DNA from: Nitrospirota bacterium
GTDB taxonomy: Bacteria > Nitrospirota > Nitrospiria > 2-01-FULL-66-17
NCBI GenBank assembly: GCA_049325335.1
Contig: JBMOMC010000006.1
Span: 32,001-96,000, forward strand
Direction: 5' to 3'
DNA: 64,000 nt
Positions within the stretch are counted from its first letter, which is position 1; every line of letters begins with the position of its first letter. Shown piece by piece: positions 1 to 10,427 of this stretch. Below the pieces are notes generated by a model. The model saw nothing but the letters and a program-made list of their open reading frames with translations, made no database searches and was not told the DNA's origin. The position numbers were made by a program, and so were the translations under genes.

Positions 1-278
1 ACATGGTGGTGATCGCGGGCGGCCGCTCGGGCACGCTCGGGGAGTTCGCCATCGCGTACGACGAAGGCAAACTCATCGGCGTGCTCGAAGGCAGCGGAGG
101 CATCACTGGCCACCTGCCCGAGATCGTCCGGGGCTTCGGCGGTAAGGACACCGGCGCGCGCCTCGTGTACGAGGCCGACCCAGCGCGCCTCATCGCGCAA
201 CTTGCGAACGCCTACACGACGAACCACTTTAAGCGGCCGTCGTGTTTCTGCGGCGAGCAGGCTGCGGCCTCTGGTTAG
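1..278 (+). CDS. LOG/SLOG-family (TIGR00725-like) protein, C-terminal part, truncated by window edge
   Basis: VVIAGGRSGTLGEFAIAYDEGKLIGVLEGSGG resembles the GGxGTLxE motif of LOG-family Rossmann folds. Confidence 0.7.
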   Translation, partial: MVVIAGGRSGTLGEFAIAYDEGKLIGVLEGSGGITGHLPEIVRGFGGKDTGARLVYEADPARLIAQLANAYTTNHFKRPSCFCGEQAAASG

Positions 279-295
279 CGGAGACAGCGTCGATC

Positions 296-418
296 TCCCG
301 CGCAGAGCACGTCAAGTAGTTGATGCACGACAAGCGGGCCGAGCACCGCGAGTACATTGAGCGCCACGGCCAGGACATGCCAGAGGCTCTGGACTGGCAG
401 TGGGCGTCAGGAGACTAG
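296..418 (+). pseudogene. Remnant of phosphoketolase (Xfp) C-terminus
   Basis: Frame from 296 reads SRAEHVK*LMHDKRAEHREYIERHGQDMPEALDWQWASGD*. This matches the Xfp C-terminal pattern (H..YI..HG.DMPE...W.W), has an internal TAG at 317-319, and lacks the rest of the gene. Confidence 0.7.
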
Positions 419-431
419 AGGAGGAGGCATC

Positions 432-2192
432 ATGCAACGCATTGGGTCTGTGGTTCTGGGAGTGGTCGTCGCGGCGATGGCCACGCCGTCCGTTGCGGGG
501 ACGTACAACCTGGTGATCGACGAAACAACGGTCAATGTCACGGGCCGGGAGCGCACGGCGGTGACGATCAACGGCGCCGTGCCGGGCCCCGCGCTTCGGT
601 GGCGCGAGGGCGAGGAAGTGACCCTCCATGTCGCCAACCGGCTCAAGGAGCCGACCTCCATCCACTGGCACGGCATCATCGTGCCGAACACCATGGACGG
701 CGTTCCCGGCATCGGGTTCGAGCACATCGGGCCCGGCGAGACGTTCACCTATCTCTTCAGAGTCAAGCAGAGCGGCACCTACTGGTATCACAGCCACTCC
801 GGTCTGCAGGAGCAATCCGGGATGTACAGCCCCCTGCTCATCGACCCGGCCAAGCCCGAGCCGTTTCAGTACGATCGCGAGTACGTGGTCATGCTCTCCG
901 ACTGGACCGATGAAAATCCCAGTCGAGTCATGGCGAAGCTCAAGAAGCAGAGCGGGTACTACAACTTCAACAAGCTGACGGTCGTCGATTTCTTCCAGGA
1001 CGTGGGTCGCGAGGGTTGGCGTGCCACGCTTTCCGATCGGCTCGCGTGGGGCCGGATGCGGATGGACCCGACGGACCTCGCGGACGTCACGGGGTACACG
1101 TACACGTTTCTGGTGAACGGCGACCCGCCCCGGAAGAACTGGACTGCGATTTTTAAACCAGGGGAGCGGGTGCGCTTGCGGTTCATCAACGCCGCGACCA
1201 TGACGTACTTCGACCTCCGCATCCCCGGGCTCAAAATGGAGGTGGTGCAGGCCGACGGGCAGGATGTGGAGCCTGTGACGGTGGACGAATTCCGCATCGC
1301 GGTCTCCGAGACCTACGACGTGATCGTCGAACCACGGGAAGAGAGGGCCTACACGATCTTTGCCGAGGCCATGGACCGGAGCGGCTACGCCCGGGGCACA
1401 CTGGCTCCCCACGACGGGATGTCCGCGCCGATTCCTTCGATGCGACCGCGACCGGTCCGCACCATGGCCGACATGGGGATGTCCGGGGCGCACGGGAAGA
1501 AGCCGGAAGGCCAGGCGCCGGAGCAGGAGGTTCCCGTGCAAGGGATGGATCGCGGAGGGCAAGGCGATATGGGCGCCATGCCGGGTATGGATCATGGCGC
1601 GATGGAAGGCGGGGAGATGGGTACTATGCCCGGCATGGCCGGTGAGGAGCCCATGGTGATGCACGGTCCTGACACCCACGGCAAGGGCAACTCCATGGTG
1701 GCGATGACGCCGCGAAGCCGACTTGGCGAGCCCGGCGCCGGCCTCGAGCACACGGGCACGCGCGTGCTCATGTACGCCGACCTGCAGGCCCGCGAGGCCG
1801 GCTACGATCATCGCCCGCCCGAGCGCGAGATCGAGCTGCACCTCACCGGCAACATGGATCGTTACATCTGGGGATTCAACGGGAAGAAGTATTCGGAGTC
1901 CGAACCGATCCGCATGCGGTATGGGGAGCGGCTGCGCGTCGTCCTGGTGAACGACACCATGATGGAACATCCCCTGCACCTGCACGGGATGTGGATGGAA
2001 CTCGACAACGGGAACGGCGAGCACAACCCCCGGAAGTTCACCATCAATGTGAAGCCGGGTGAGCGGCTGTCCTTCCTCATGACGGCCGACGCCCTGGGTG
2101 TGTGGCCCTTCCATTGTCACCTCGGCTACCACATGGCCGCCGGCATGATGGTGAACGCGGTGGTCGCCGACCGCGCCGCGGAGGCGCACTGA
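432..2192 (+). CDS. copA: Copper resistance multicopper oxidase CopA
   Basis: Copper motifs HWHG, WYHSH, HPLHLHG and HCHLGYHM; Met-rich linker; signal peptide; RBS GAGGAGG before ATG 432. Confidence 0.93.
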   Translation: MQRIGSVVLGVVVAAMATPSVAGTYNLVIDETTVNVTGRERTAVTINGAVPGPALRWREGEEVTLHVANRLKEPTSIHWHGIIVPNTMDGVPGIGFEHIGPGETFTYLFRVKQSGTYWYHSHSGLQEQSGMYSPLLIDPAKPEPFQYDREYVVMLSDWTDENPSRVMAKLKKQSGYYNFNKLTVVDFFQDVGREGWRATLSDRLAWGRMRMDPTDLADVTGYTYTFLVNGDPPRKNWTAIFKPGERVRLRFINAATMTYFDLRIPGLKMEVVQADGQDVEPVTVDEFRIAVSETYDVIVEPREERAYTIFAEAMDRSGYARGTLAPHDGMSAPIPSMRPRPVRTMADMGMSGAHGKKPEGQAPEQEVPVQGMDRGGQGDMGAMPGMDHGAMEGGEMGTMPGMAGEEPMVMHGPDTHGKGNSMVAMTPRSRLGEPGAGLEHTGTRVLMYADLQAREAGYDHRPPEREIELHLTGNMDRYIWGFNGKKYSESEPIRMRYGERLRVVLVNDTMMEHPLHLHGMWMELDNGNGEHNPRKFTINVKPGERLSFLMTADALGVWPFHCHLGYHMAAGMMVNAVVADRAAEAH

Positions 2193-2932
2193 TGAGCGGC
2201 GCGAACGCAGTGATCAGCGGCGGCGTGCGACTCGCGGCCGCGTTCCTCCTGGCCGTGATTGCCTTGGCGGGGCGACCGGGGCCGGCCGAGGCGGGAGAGG
2301 CCAGCCTTCTCACGTTCCTTGAAGTCGAGCAATTCGAGTACCGGGCCGGGAATGGAGCGGACACGTTCAGTTGGGAGGCGCAGGGCTGGATCGGCGGAGA
2401 CTACGACAGAGTCTGGCTCAAAACCAAGGGAGACGACGTGGTCAATGGCGCGATGGAGCGGGCCGAGATGCAACTCCTGTACAGCCGGACTATCGCCGCG
2501 TACTGGGACCTGCAGCTTGGCGCGCGCTACGACGTGAAACCCAACCCCTCGCGCGACTACGTTGTCCTTGGGATCCAGGGGCTGGCGCCGTATTTCTTCG
2601 AGGTGGACGCGGCGGCGTTCGTGAGCAACAAAGGCGACGCGTCGGCGCGCCTGGAGGCGGAATACGAGCTCCTTCTCACCCAGCGGCTGATCGCCAAGCC
2701 GTCCGCGGAATTCAACGTCGCCGTTCAGGACGTCGAGGAACTGGGTATCGGGTCCGGTTTGACCGATGTCGAACTGGGGTTGCGGTTGCGGTACGAAATC
2801 GTGCGCGAGGTCGCCCCGTACCTCGGCGTGGCCTGGGAAAGCAAGATCGGCCCCACGGCTGATATCGCGCGACGTGCCGGCGAGGACGTCGACGACCTGA
2901 CGTTCGTCACGGGCGTCCGTTTCTGGTTCTGA
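2192..2932 (+). CDS. copB: Copper resistance outer-membrane protein CopB
   Basis: WxAQGWIGGDYDRVWLK, GIQGLAPYFFEVDA, C-terminal GVRFWF; TGATG overlap with copA. Confidence 0.9.
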   Translation: MSGANAVISGGVRLAAAFLLAVIALAGRPGPAEAGEASLLTFLEVEQFEYRAGNGADTFSWEAQGWIGGDYDRVWLKTKGDDVVNGAMERAEMQLLYSRTIAAYWDLQLGARYDVKPNPSRDYVVLGIQGLAPYFFEVDAAAFVSNKGDASARLEAEYELLLTQRLIAKPSAEFNVAVQDVEELGIGSGLTDVELGLRLRYEIVREVAPYLGVAWESKIGPTADIARRAGEDVDDLTFVTGVRFWF

Positions 2933-2952
2933 GTCACGTGGTCGGAGCGTAG

Positions 2953-5244
2953 ATGCAGATCTGGCAGTCCACCGTCGATGCCCAACGCACTCCCCGGAAT
3001 CCGAGTCCTGGAGAGCGGGTGGAACTGACCATCGGCACCTATCCCATCGAACCGGGGCAGGCCGTGTGGGTCGCCTACCAGGTCGAACGCTCAGACGGCA
3101 CACTGCGGGAAGACCAGGTGGCGGCATCCTGGCGGTACAACCAGGGCAACAACAGCTACTGGTCGGCGTTGCTCGGCCCGTTCGCGGACGGCGATCGGGT
3201 GCGATACCGCGTCCATGGTCGGTCCGGAGACCTGGAAGTCGTGAGCGAGGAATTTGCGTTCGTCGTGGGCCCCAAGCTCCATCTTGCGCTTCTGTGGCAC
3301 ATGCACCAACCGCTCTACAAGGACCTAGCGGGCAAGCGCCCGCACGGCAGCTATCGGCTCCCGTGGGTGCGGTTGCACGCAATCCGCGATTACTACGCCA
3401 TGGCGGCGCTGGTGGCGCAGCACCCCGAGGTGCATCTCACCATCAACCTGGTGCCGTCGCTGCTGTGGCAGATCGAAGATTACGTGGAGCGGGGGGCGAC
3501 GGATCGGGCGCTGGACCTCACCCTGAAACCGTCCAAGAAATTGACCGGCGCCGAGAAGGCCTATCTGCTGGAGCACTTCTTTGAGGCGCACTGGCACAAT
3601 CAAATCTTCCCTTACCCGCGGTACTACGAGTTGTTCCAGCGACAGATCGAGGGATCGATGTTCTCCGACCAGGATTTCACCGACTTAAAGATGTGGTTTA
3701 ACCTCGCCTGGTTTGCCCCCGAGTTTCTTGAGGAAGAGACGAGTATGCCGGACGGGTCGATCGTGTCCCTCAAGAGATTTGTGGAGCAGGGCGCCGGGTT
3801 TGGCGACGCGGACATCGAGCAGATGGTCGCCCAGCAGTACGCCATCATGCGAAACATTGTTCCCCTTCACCGAGCGCTTCAGGATCAAGGCCAGATCGAG
3901 ATCGCAACCACGCCGTTTTATCATCCGATCCTGCCCCTCGTCTATGACTCCGATCAGGCGACGATCGACCGCGAAGGCAGTACGCATCCCGCGCGATTTT
4001 TCTATCCCGAAGACGCCCGTGCGCAGGTGCGGCGCGCCGTCGAGTATTACCAAGCGGCGTTCGGGCGCTCGCCCCGAGGGATGTGGCCGGCGGAAGGCGC
4101 GGTCAGCTCGCCGGTGGCCGATCTCTTTGCAGAGGCCGGGATCGCGTGGATCGCCACCGACCGCGGGGTGCTCCAGCGATCAGGGCGCTGGGGATACCGG
4201 GTCGATGATCCCAACGTGCTGTGCCGGCCCTATCGAGCCGGAGAAGGTGAACGCGGGGTCTCGGTGTTCTTCCGAGACGCCACGCTGTCGGACCGGATCG
4301 GGTTTCACTACCAGAGCTTTGACGACGCCGAACAAGCGGCCGCTGATTTCATCGCGGAGATCAAGGCTCGCTTCGCGCATCGCGTCGATGATCCGCCGAA
4401 TCGGGTTCTGTCCGTCATCCTCGACGGGGAGAACGCCTGGAGCGCCTATCGCGAGTCGGCGCGGCCCTTTCTGCACGCGCTTTACCGGCGGCTCGGCGTC
4501 GATCCCGAAATCAGAACCGTGACCCTCGCTGAGTTCCTGGAAGGAAATCCCGCGCGGCGCGTGGTCCCGCATCCCGCGTCGTCGCAAGAGAAGGTCTACG
4601 ACCTGTTCTGCGGCAGCTGGATCGACGAGATGGGCTCTCGCCCCGGCGCGGACCTGGGGACGTGGATTGGGGAACCGGAGGAAAACCGGGCGTGGGAACT
4701 CCTGGGTGAAGCCAGGCAGGCCCTGTCTGAGCGAGGCGCGGCGCCGGAGCGGCATCCGGCCGCGTACGAATCACTCTACGCCGCCGAAGGGTCCGATTGG
4801 TTCTGGTGGTATGGAGACGACCAGAGCGCCGATCATGAGAGTGAGTTCGACGAACTGTTCAGAACGCACGTGAAGCAGATCTACCGAGGGCTGGGCCGCA
4901 GGCCGCCCCGAAGTCTCTCGCAGCCTCTGGTGCCGCGAGTCGTCGTGTGGTCGTTCGAACACCCGATCGGGACGATTGAGCCGTCCGACCGGTTGGCGAT
5001 CCAGACCCATTGCCGGGGCGTGCTGACATGGACCCTCAATGACGAAAAGACCGAGCAGCGCGCCGAGCTCGCGGCGGTGGGTGGGGTCATGGCGGGCGTC
5101 CGCCGGTATCGGTTGACGCTGGGCCCGTTCCCTCTCGGCGTGAAGCGGATTCGATTTGCGTTCCGATGCGCCGAGCAGGGCTGCTCGGGCGATCGACTCT
5201 GCTGCGCCCAACAGTGGTACACCGTTCGGATCGACACCCGATGA
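2953..5244 (+). CDS. Glycoside hydrolase family 57 protein with extra N- and C-terminal domains
   Basis: GH57 motifs WHMHQP, HPILPL, GMWPAEG, DGENAW and AEGSDWFWW. Confidence 0.9.
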   Translation: MQIWQSTVDAQRTPRNPSPGERVELTIGTYPIEPGQAVWVAYQVERSDGTLREDQVAASWRYNQGNNSYWSALLGPFADGDRVRYRVHGRSGDLEVVSEEFAFVVGPKLHLALLWHMHQPLYKDLAGKRPHGSYRLPWVRLHAIRDYYAMAALVAQHPEVHLTINLVPSLLWQIEDYVERGATDRALDLTLKPSKKLTGAEKAYLLEHFFEAHWHNQIFPYPRYYELFQRQIEGSMFSDQDFTDLKMWFNLAWFAPEFLEEETSMPDGSIVSLKRFVEQGAGFGDADIEQMVAQQYAIMRNIVPLHRALQDQGQIEIATTPFYHPILPLVYDSDQATIDREGSTHPARFFYPEDARAQVRRAVEYYQAAFGRSPRGMWPAEGAVSSPVADLFAEAGIAWIATDRGVLQRSGRWGYRVDDPNVLCRPYRAGEGERGVSVFFRDATLSDRIGFHYQSFDDAEQAAADFIAEIKARFAHRVDDPPNRVLSVILDGENAWSAYRESARPFLHALYRRLGVDPEIRTVTLAEFLEGNPARRVVPHPASSQEKVYDLFCGSWIDEMGSRPGADLGTWIGEPEENRAWELLGEARQALSERGAAPERHPAAYESLYAAEGSDWFWWYGDDQSADHESEFDELFRTHVKQIYRGLGRRPPRSLSQPLVPRVVVWSFEHPIGTIEPSDRLAIQTHCRGVLTWTLNDEKTEQRAELAAVGGVMAGVRRYRLTLGPFPLGVKRIRFAFRCAEQGCSGDRLCCAQQWYTVRIDTR

Positions 5245-5309
5245 TTGCTCGACAGCCACGAGCAGAATCATCCCGACGGATCTCCAGGACGTAGAAAGGA
5301 GAAGCGCTG

Positions 5310-7748
5310 ATGACACCGCGGGCTCCGTACATTCGATGGTTTGATGAAATCGGAATCGACGATATCCCACTGGTGGGCGGCAAGAACGCTTCGCTGGGGG
5401 AGATGTATCGCGAGCTGGCTTCCAAAGGCGTGAAGGTGCCGAACGGATTTGCGATCACCGCCGAGGCCTACCGGGACTTTCTCCGGCAGACCGGCCTGGA
5501 TCAGCGGGTCCGGGACATCCTGAAGGATTTGAACACCCATGACCTGGACAATCTTCGCCAGCGGGGACGCCAGGTGCGGCAGGCCATGCTCTCCGTCGGC
5601 CTACCCCCGGATCTTGAGCAGGGCATCACGGAGGCGTACGACCGCCTGGGTTCGGCAAACACCGGAGCGTTGGATGTCGCGGTTCGGAGCAGCGCTACCG
5701 CCGAGGACCTGCCGGATGCCAGCTTTGCCGGGCAGCAGGAAACGTATCTGAATGTCCAGGGCCATGCGGCGTTGCTGGATGCCTGTCGGCGTTGCTTTGC
5801 CTCGCTGTTTACCGACCGGGCCATTTCCTATCGGGCGGATAAGGGATTCGATCACTTCAAGATCGCTCTGTCCATCGGGATCCAACAGATGGTTCGGTCG
5901 GATCTGGCGACCTCGGGGGTGATGTTTTCGATCGACACCGAGACGGGCTTCCCTGATGTGGTCCTCATCAATGCCGCCTATGGGTTGGGGGAAAACGTGG
6001 TGCAGGGGTCGGTGAATCCCGACGAGTATTACGTGTTCAAGCCCACCCTGAAGCAAGGCCACAAACCGATTCTCCAGAAGATCCTGGGGAGCAAGGAGTT
6101 CAAGCTGGTGTATGACGTGGGGGGAAGCAAGATGGTCAAGAACGTCCCGGTCCCGCCGGATGACCGGTCCCGCTTCGCCCTTACGGAGGAGGAAATCCTG
6201 ACTCTGGCGCGGTGGGCGTGCGTGATCGAAGACCATTACAGCGCCAAGAAGGGACGGTCCAGCCCGATGGACATGGAGTGGGCCAAGGACGGCCGCACCG
6301 GGGAACTGTTCATCGTGCAGGCGCGCCCCGAGACGGTGCAGTCCCGTAAAGATCGAGACGTGCTGGAGATCTATCACCTTGGTCAGCGCGGACGGGTCGT
6401 GGTCACGGGGCGGAGCGTGGGGGAGAAGATCGGCCAGGGGCCGGTGCGGGTGATCAAGAACGTCCAGCACATCCACCAATTCAAGGACGGCGAGGTCCTG
6501 GTGACGGACAAGACCGATCCGGACTGGGAACCCATCATGAAGAAGGCGGCCGCCATTGTCACCAACCGGGGAGGCCGGACCTGCCACGCCGCGATCGTGA
6601 GCCGCGAGTTGGGCCTTCCCGCGATCGTGGGCGCCGAGACCGCCACGGAGGCGCTGAAGGACGGCCAGGCCGTCACCGTGTCATGCGCCGAGGGCGACAC
6701 CGGGTTTGTCTACGACGGCTTGCTTCGGTTCGACGTGGAACGGGTGGAGCTCAAGGGCTTGGGTCGTCCCAGAACCAAGGTCATGATGAACGTGGGTAAT
6801 CCCAATGAGGCGTTCGCGCTGTCTTTCATTCCGAACGATGGGGTGGGTCTGGCGCGGGAAGAGTTCATTATCACCACCTCCATCAAGATCCACCCGATGG
6901 CTCTGCTGAACTACGATCGGCTGGAGGATCCCACGGTGAAGGCCGAGATCGATCGGTTGACCGCTGGCTATGCCGATAAATCGCGCTTTTTCGTGGATCG
7001 GCTTGCACAGGGGGTTGCGACGATTGCGGCGGCCTTTTACCCGAAGGACGTGATTGTCCGGCTGAGCGATTTCAAAACCAATGAATACGCCAACCTGGTC
7101 GGCGGAAGGTCGTACGAGCCGACCGAGGAGAACCCGATGCTGGGATTCCGCGGGGCGTCTCGCTACTACGATCCGCGTTACCGGGAGGGTTTTGCGTTGG
7201 AGTGCCGGGCGATGAAGAAGGTTCGCGACGAGATGGGGCTCACCAATGTGAAGCTCATGATCCCGTTCTGCCGCACGGTGGAGGAGGGGCGACTGGTCCT
7301 GGCCGAGATGGAACAGAACGGGATGAGGCGGGGCGAGAACGGGCTGGAGGCGTACATGATGTGCGAGATCCCCAGCAATGTGATCCTGGCGGAACAATTC
7401 GCCGAGGTGTTCGACGGCTTCTCGATCGGCTCGAACGACCTCACCCAGCTCGTCTTGGGCGTGGACCGGGACTCCGAGATCGTCGCCCACATTTTCGATG
7501 AGCGCAATCCAGCGGTCAAAGCCATGGTCGCCAGCGTGATCCGCGCCGCCAAGGCCAACGGGCGGAAGATCGGAATTTGCGGCCAGGCGCCCAGCGACTA
7601 TCCGGAGTTCGCCCGGTTCCTGGTGGAGCAGGGCATCGACAGCCTCTCACTCAACCCGGACGCGGTGATGAAGACCACACTCGCGATCTTGGAAGTGGAG
7701 AAGGTCCTGGCCGAGGGTCAGCAGGATTCAAAGCGGGTCGTGAAGTGA
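5310..7748 (+). CDS. ppsA: Phosphoenolpyruvate synthase
   Basis: VGGKNASLGEM, RSSATAEDLPDASFAGQQET, GGRTCHAAIVSRE (phospho-His), FSIGSNDLTQL. Confidence 0.95.
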   Translation: MTPRAPYIRWFDEIGIDDIPLVGGKNASLGEMYRELASKGVKVPNGFAITAEAYRDFLRQTGLDQRVRDILKDLNTHDLDNLRQRGRQVRQAMLSVGLPPDLEQGITEAYDRLGSANTGALDVAVRSSATAEDLPDASFAGQQETYLNVQGHAALLDACRRCFASLFTDRAISYRADKGFDHFKIALSIGIQQMVRSDLATSGVMFSIDTETGFPDVVLINAAYGLGENVVQGSVNPDEYYVFKPTLKQGHKPILQKILGSKEFKLVYDVGGSKMVKNVPVPPDDRSRFALTEEEILTLARWACVIEDHYSAKKGRSSPMDMEWAKDGRTGELFIVQARPETVQSRKDRDVLEIYHLGQRGRVVVTGRSVGEKIGQGPVRVIKNVQHIHQFKDGEVLVTDKTDPDWEPIMKKAAAIVTNRGGRTCHAAIVSRELGLPAIVGAETATEALKDGQAVTVSCAEGDTGFVYDGLLRFDVERVELKGLGRPRTKVMMNVGNPNEAFALSFIPNDGVGLAREEFIITTSIKIHPMALLNYDRLEDPTVKAEIDRLTAGYADKSRFFVDRLAQGVATIAAAFYPKDVIVRLSDFKTNEYANLVGGRSYEPTEENPMLGFRGASRYYDPRYREGFALECRAMKKVRDEMGLTNVKLMIPFCRTVEEGRLVLAEMEQNGMRRGENGLEAYMMCEIPSNVILAEQFAEVFDGFSIGSNDLTQLVLGVDRDSEIVAHIFDERNPAVKAMVASVIRAAKANGRKIGICGQAPSDYPEFARFLVEQGIDSLSLNPDAVMKTTLAILEVEKVLAEGQQDSKRVVK

Positions 7749-7766
7749 TCGGTCCTTGAGGCGGAC

Positions 7767-8792
7767 ATGGCAACGATTGAAGGGACCATACGGTCAATCA
7801 TTTTCCTGGAGGTTGAGTCCTGGGAACAGGAGTTTCTCATGAAGTCCTGTCCCTCCCATTGGCAGGGCCGGTTTTACCCGGAGGAGGCCGACCGCATCGA
7901 CCCGGAAAAGATCAGTGACGCCGAGATCCTCTCGGTCTTCATTTACTCCGATCTGGATGCCGCGTTCCTGAGTCGACTTCCCCATCTGAAAATGATCGCC
8001 ACCCGATCCACCGGCTACGATCACATCGATGTCGCCTACTGCCGTGAACGCGGGATCATGGTCTGTACCGTGCCTACGTATGGGACCAACACGGTGGCTG
8101 AACACGCGTTCGCCCTGATCCTGTCGCTCTCGCGCAAGATTTATCCGGCCCGCGAGCGCACCGTCCGCGGCGAGTTCTCCTTTCACGGACTTCAGGGATT
8201 CGATCTGATGGGAAAGACGCTGGGGGTGATCGGCACCGGCCAGATCGGCCGGCATGTCATCCGGATCGCCAACGGTTTCCAGATGCGAGTGCTCGCCTAC
8301 GATGCCAGGCCCGAGCCGTCCCTGGCAGACCTGTTGGCTTTCCGGTACGCCGATTTGAACGAGCTCCTTTCGCGCGCGGATGTCATCTCGCTTCATTGTC
8401 CCCTGACGCCGGAGACACGGCATCTCATCGGAAGGGATCAGTTTCAAAGGATGAAGAGGGGAGTTCTGCTGATCAACACGGCCCGCGGGGGCCTCGTGGA
8501 TACTGAGGAACTGCTCCGGGCACTGGAGGAAGGCATCGTGGGCGGAGCGGGGCTGGACGTCCTGGAGGAGGAAGAGGCGATCCGGGAGGAGCGGGAGCTG
8601 CTCTCGGCGCGTTTCGACGAAGAAAGGCTACGCTCCGTGGTCAGAAACCACATCCTGCTCAAGCGGGACGACGTGATCATCACGCCGCACATCGCGTTTA
8701 ACAGCCGCGAGGCCGTGGAGCGGATCCTGATCACCACACTGGACAACATTGCGGGATTTCTCGAAGGCACGCCGCGTAATCGCGTGGCGTGA
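7767..8792 (+). CDS. D-isomer 2-hydroxyacid (D-lactate-like) dehydrogenase
   Basis: RSTGYDHID, GVIGTGQIG, LINTARGGLVD, ITPHIAF. Confidence 0.88.
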   Translation: MATIEGTIRSIIFLEVESWEQEFLMKSCPSHWQGRFYPEEADRIDPEKISDAEILSVFIYSDLDAAFLSRLPHLKMIATRSTGYDHIDVAYCRERGIMVCTVPTYGTNTVAEHAFALILSLSRKIYPARERTVRGEFSFHGLQGFDLMGKTLGVIGTGQIGRHVIRIANGFQMRVLAYDARPEPSLADLLAFRYADLNELLSRADVISLHCPLTPETRHLIGRDQFQRMKRGVLLINTARGGLVDTEELLRALEEGIVGGAGLDVLEEEEAIREERELLSARFDEERLRSVVRNHILLKRDDVIITPHIAFNSREAVERILITTLDNIAGFLEGTPRNRVA

Positions 8793-8849
8793 TGCGCGTC
8801 GGGGAGGCGAAGCCCTCCCATGTCATTCCAACCGATTGAAGGAGGCGTG

Positions 8850-9320
8850 ATGCCCAAGGTCAGAACGGCGAAGCATGCGATCACGACGATCCTGGTTCCA
8901 ACCGATTTCTCCGAGTATTCCAAGCAGGCCCTCAGCTACGCCGAGATGTTAGCCAAGAAATTTGATGCCAAGATCGTCCTGATTCACGTGATCGACACCG
9001 TGAGCTACATCGTGAGCGAATCGGTGCAGTGGACAGCAGATGTCTCCGCCCGCGTGCAAGGCACCATCCAGCCCATGCTCGATGATCTGATTCGCGACGC
9101 GGAGAAGAGGGGTATCGTGGCATTCAGTCAATTGACCCAGGGCGTACCCTACGACCAGATCGTCAAGGCTGTCGAGGACATCCGCGCCGATCTCATCGTC
9201 ATGGGAACCCATGGCCGGACCGGCATGCGCCACGTGCTGTTGGGAAGCGTGGCGGAACGAGTCGTCCGGTTGGCGGCGTGCCCGGTGTTGACCGTTCGAA
9301 GCAAAGGAGGAGACACATGA
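8850..9320 (+). CDS. Universal stress protein
   Basis: ILVPTDFS ... DLIVMGTHGRTG ... LLGSVAERVVRLAACPVLTV; RBS GGAGG before ATG 8850. Confidence 0.93.
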   Translation: MPKVRTAKHAITTILVPTDFSEYSKQALSYAEMLAKKFDAKIVLIHVIDTVSYIVSESVQWTADVSARVQGTIQPMLDDLIRDAEKRGIVAFSQLTQGVPYDQIVKAVEDIRADLIVMGTHGRTGMRHVLLGSVAERVVRLAACPVLTVRSKGGDT

Positions 9321-10375
9321 ACACGATCAAGGTAGCGGTCAACGGCTACGGAGTCATCGGCAAGCGCGTGGCCGATGCGGTGAGGCGGCAGGATGATATG
9401 GAACTCGTGGGCGTCGCCGACGTGGTGACCGATTATCGGATCAAGACCGCAGCGGTGTTGGATGTTGACGTATATGCCGCGCTGCCCGAGAAAAGTCGGG
9501 AGATGCGCGCGGCGGGGATTCCGGTCGCTGGAACGCTCGACGAGTTGCTTGGACGTGTGAATGTCATCGTGGACTGCACCCCCAAGAAGATCGCCAAGGC
9601 CAACAAGACTCGATACGAGCGCGCGGGCGTGAAAGCCATTTTCCAGGGCGGCGAGTCGCACGAACTGACCGGTCATTCGTTCGTGGCGCAGGCCAACTAC
9701 GAGAGCGCGCTTGGCCGTCAGATGACGCGGGTGGTGTCGTGCAACACGACCTCGATCGTTCGCACCCTGACCGCGCTGAAGAAAGCGGGCCTGCTGAAGC
9801 GGGCGCGCGGCACGCTGATTCGGCGGGCCTCCGACCCCTGGGAAGGACATAAGGAAGGGATCTTGAACACGGTCGTTCCCGAGCACGTGATCCCCAGCCA
9901 TCAAGGGCCGGACGCCCGCACCGTGGACCCTGATCTCGATGTGGTCACGATTGCGGTCAAGGGTCCCATGAACGTCAGCCACCTCCACACTTGGTGGGTC
10001 GAGTTGGCACGGCCGTCGACCAAGGACGAGGTGCTCTCGGCGTTCCACGCCGCGCCCAGAATCGCGTCGATCCGGATGAGCGACGGGGTGGAAGCTCTCA
10101 ACAGCACCAAGGAACTGATGGCCGACCTGGGCCGACCTCGGGCCGACATGTGGGAGGTGGCGCTCTGGGAAGACGTGTTGACCGTGACCGGCAACGAGGC
10201 TTATTACGCCTACCAGGTGGACAACCAGGCGATCGTGATCCCTGAGACCGTCGATGCCATTCGCGCGCTCTCGGGCATCGAGCGAGACGCGATGCAATCC
10301 ATTGCGAAGACGAACCAGTCGCTGGGTATCGTCAAGGAGTTCCTACCGCTCAAACAGGGCGTGTCGGCGGCGTAA
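9317..10375 (+). CDS. gap: Type II (archaeal-type) glyceraldehyde-3-phosphate dehydrogenase
   Basis: VNGYGVIGKRVADAV, IFQGGE, RVVSCNTT, SHQGPDA and GRPRADMWE are class II GAPDH signatures; ATGA overlap with USP. Confidence 0.88.
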   Translation: MNTIKVAVNGYGVIGKRVADAVRRQDDMELVGVADVVTDYRIKTAAVLDVDVYAALPEKSREMRAAGIPVAGTLDELLGRVNVIVDCTPKKIAKANKTRYERAGVKAIFQGGESHELTGHSFVAQANYESALGRQMTRVVSCNTTSIVRTLTALKKAGLLKRARGTLIRRASDPWEGHKEGILNTVVPEHVIPSHQGPDARTVDPDLDVVTIAVKGPMNVSHLHTWWVELARPSTKDEVLSAFHAAPRIASIRMSDGVEALNSTKELMADLGRPRADMWEVALWEDVLTVTGNEAYYAYQVDNQAIVIPETVDAIRALSGIERDAMQSIAKTNQSLGIVKEFLPLKQGVSAA

Positions 10376-10427
10376 GGGGTGGTGAAGGCCGCTCCGGTTT
10401 GAAAATTGGGGGGAAGGGGGAGAACCC

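Noticed and set aside
312..2189. Long antisense ORFs (this 625-aa one and similar ones opposite tolC, res, traC and the regulator)
   Set aside because: These are shadows of well-supported genes in high-GC DNA, with no motifs of their own.
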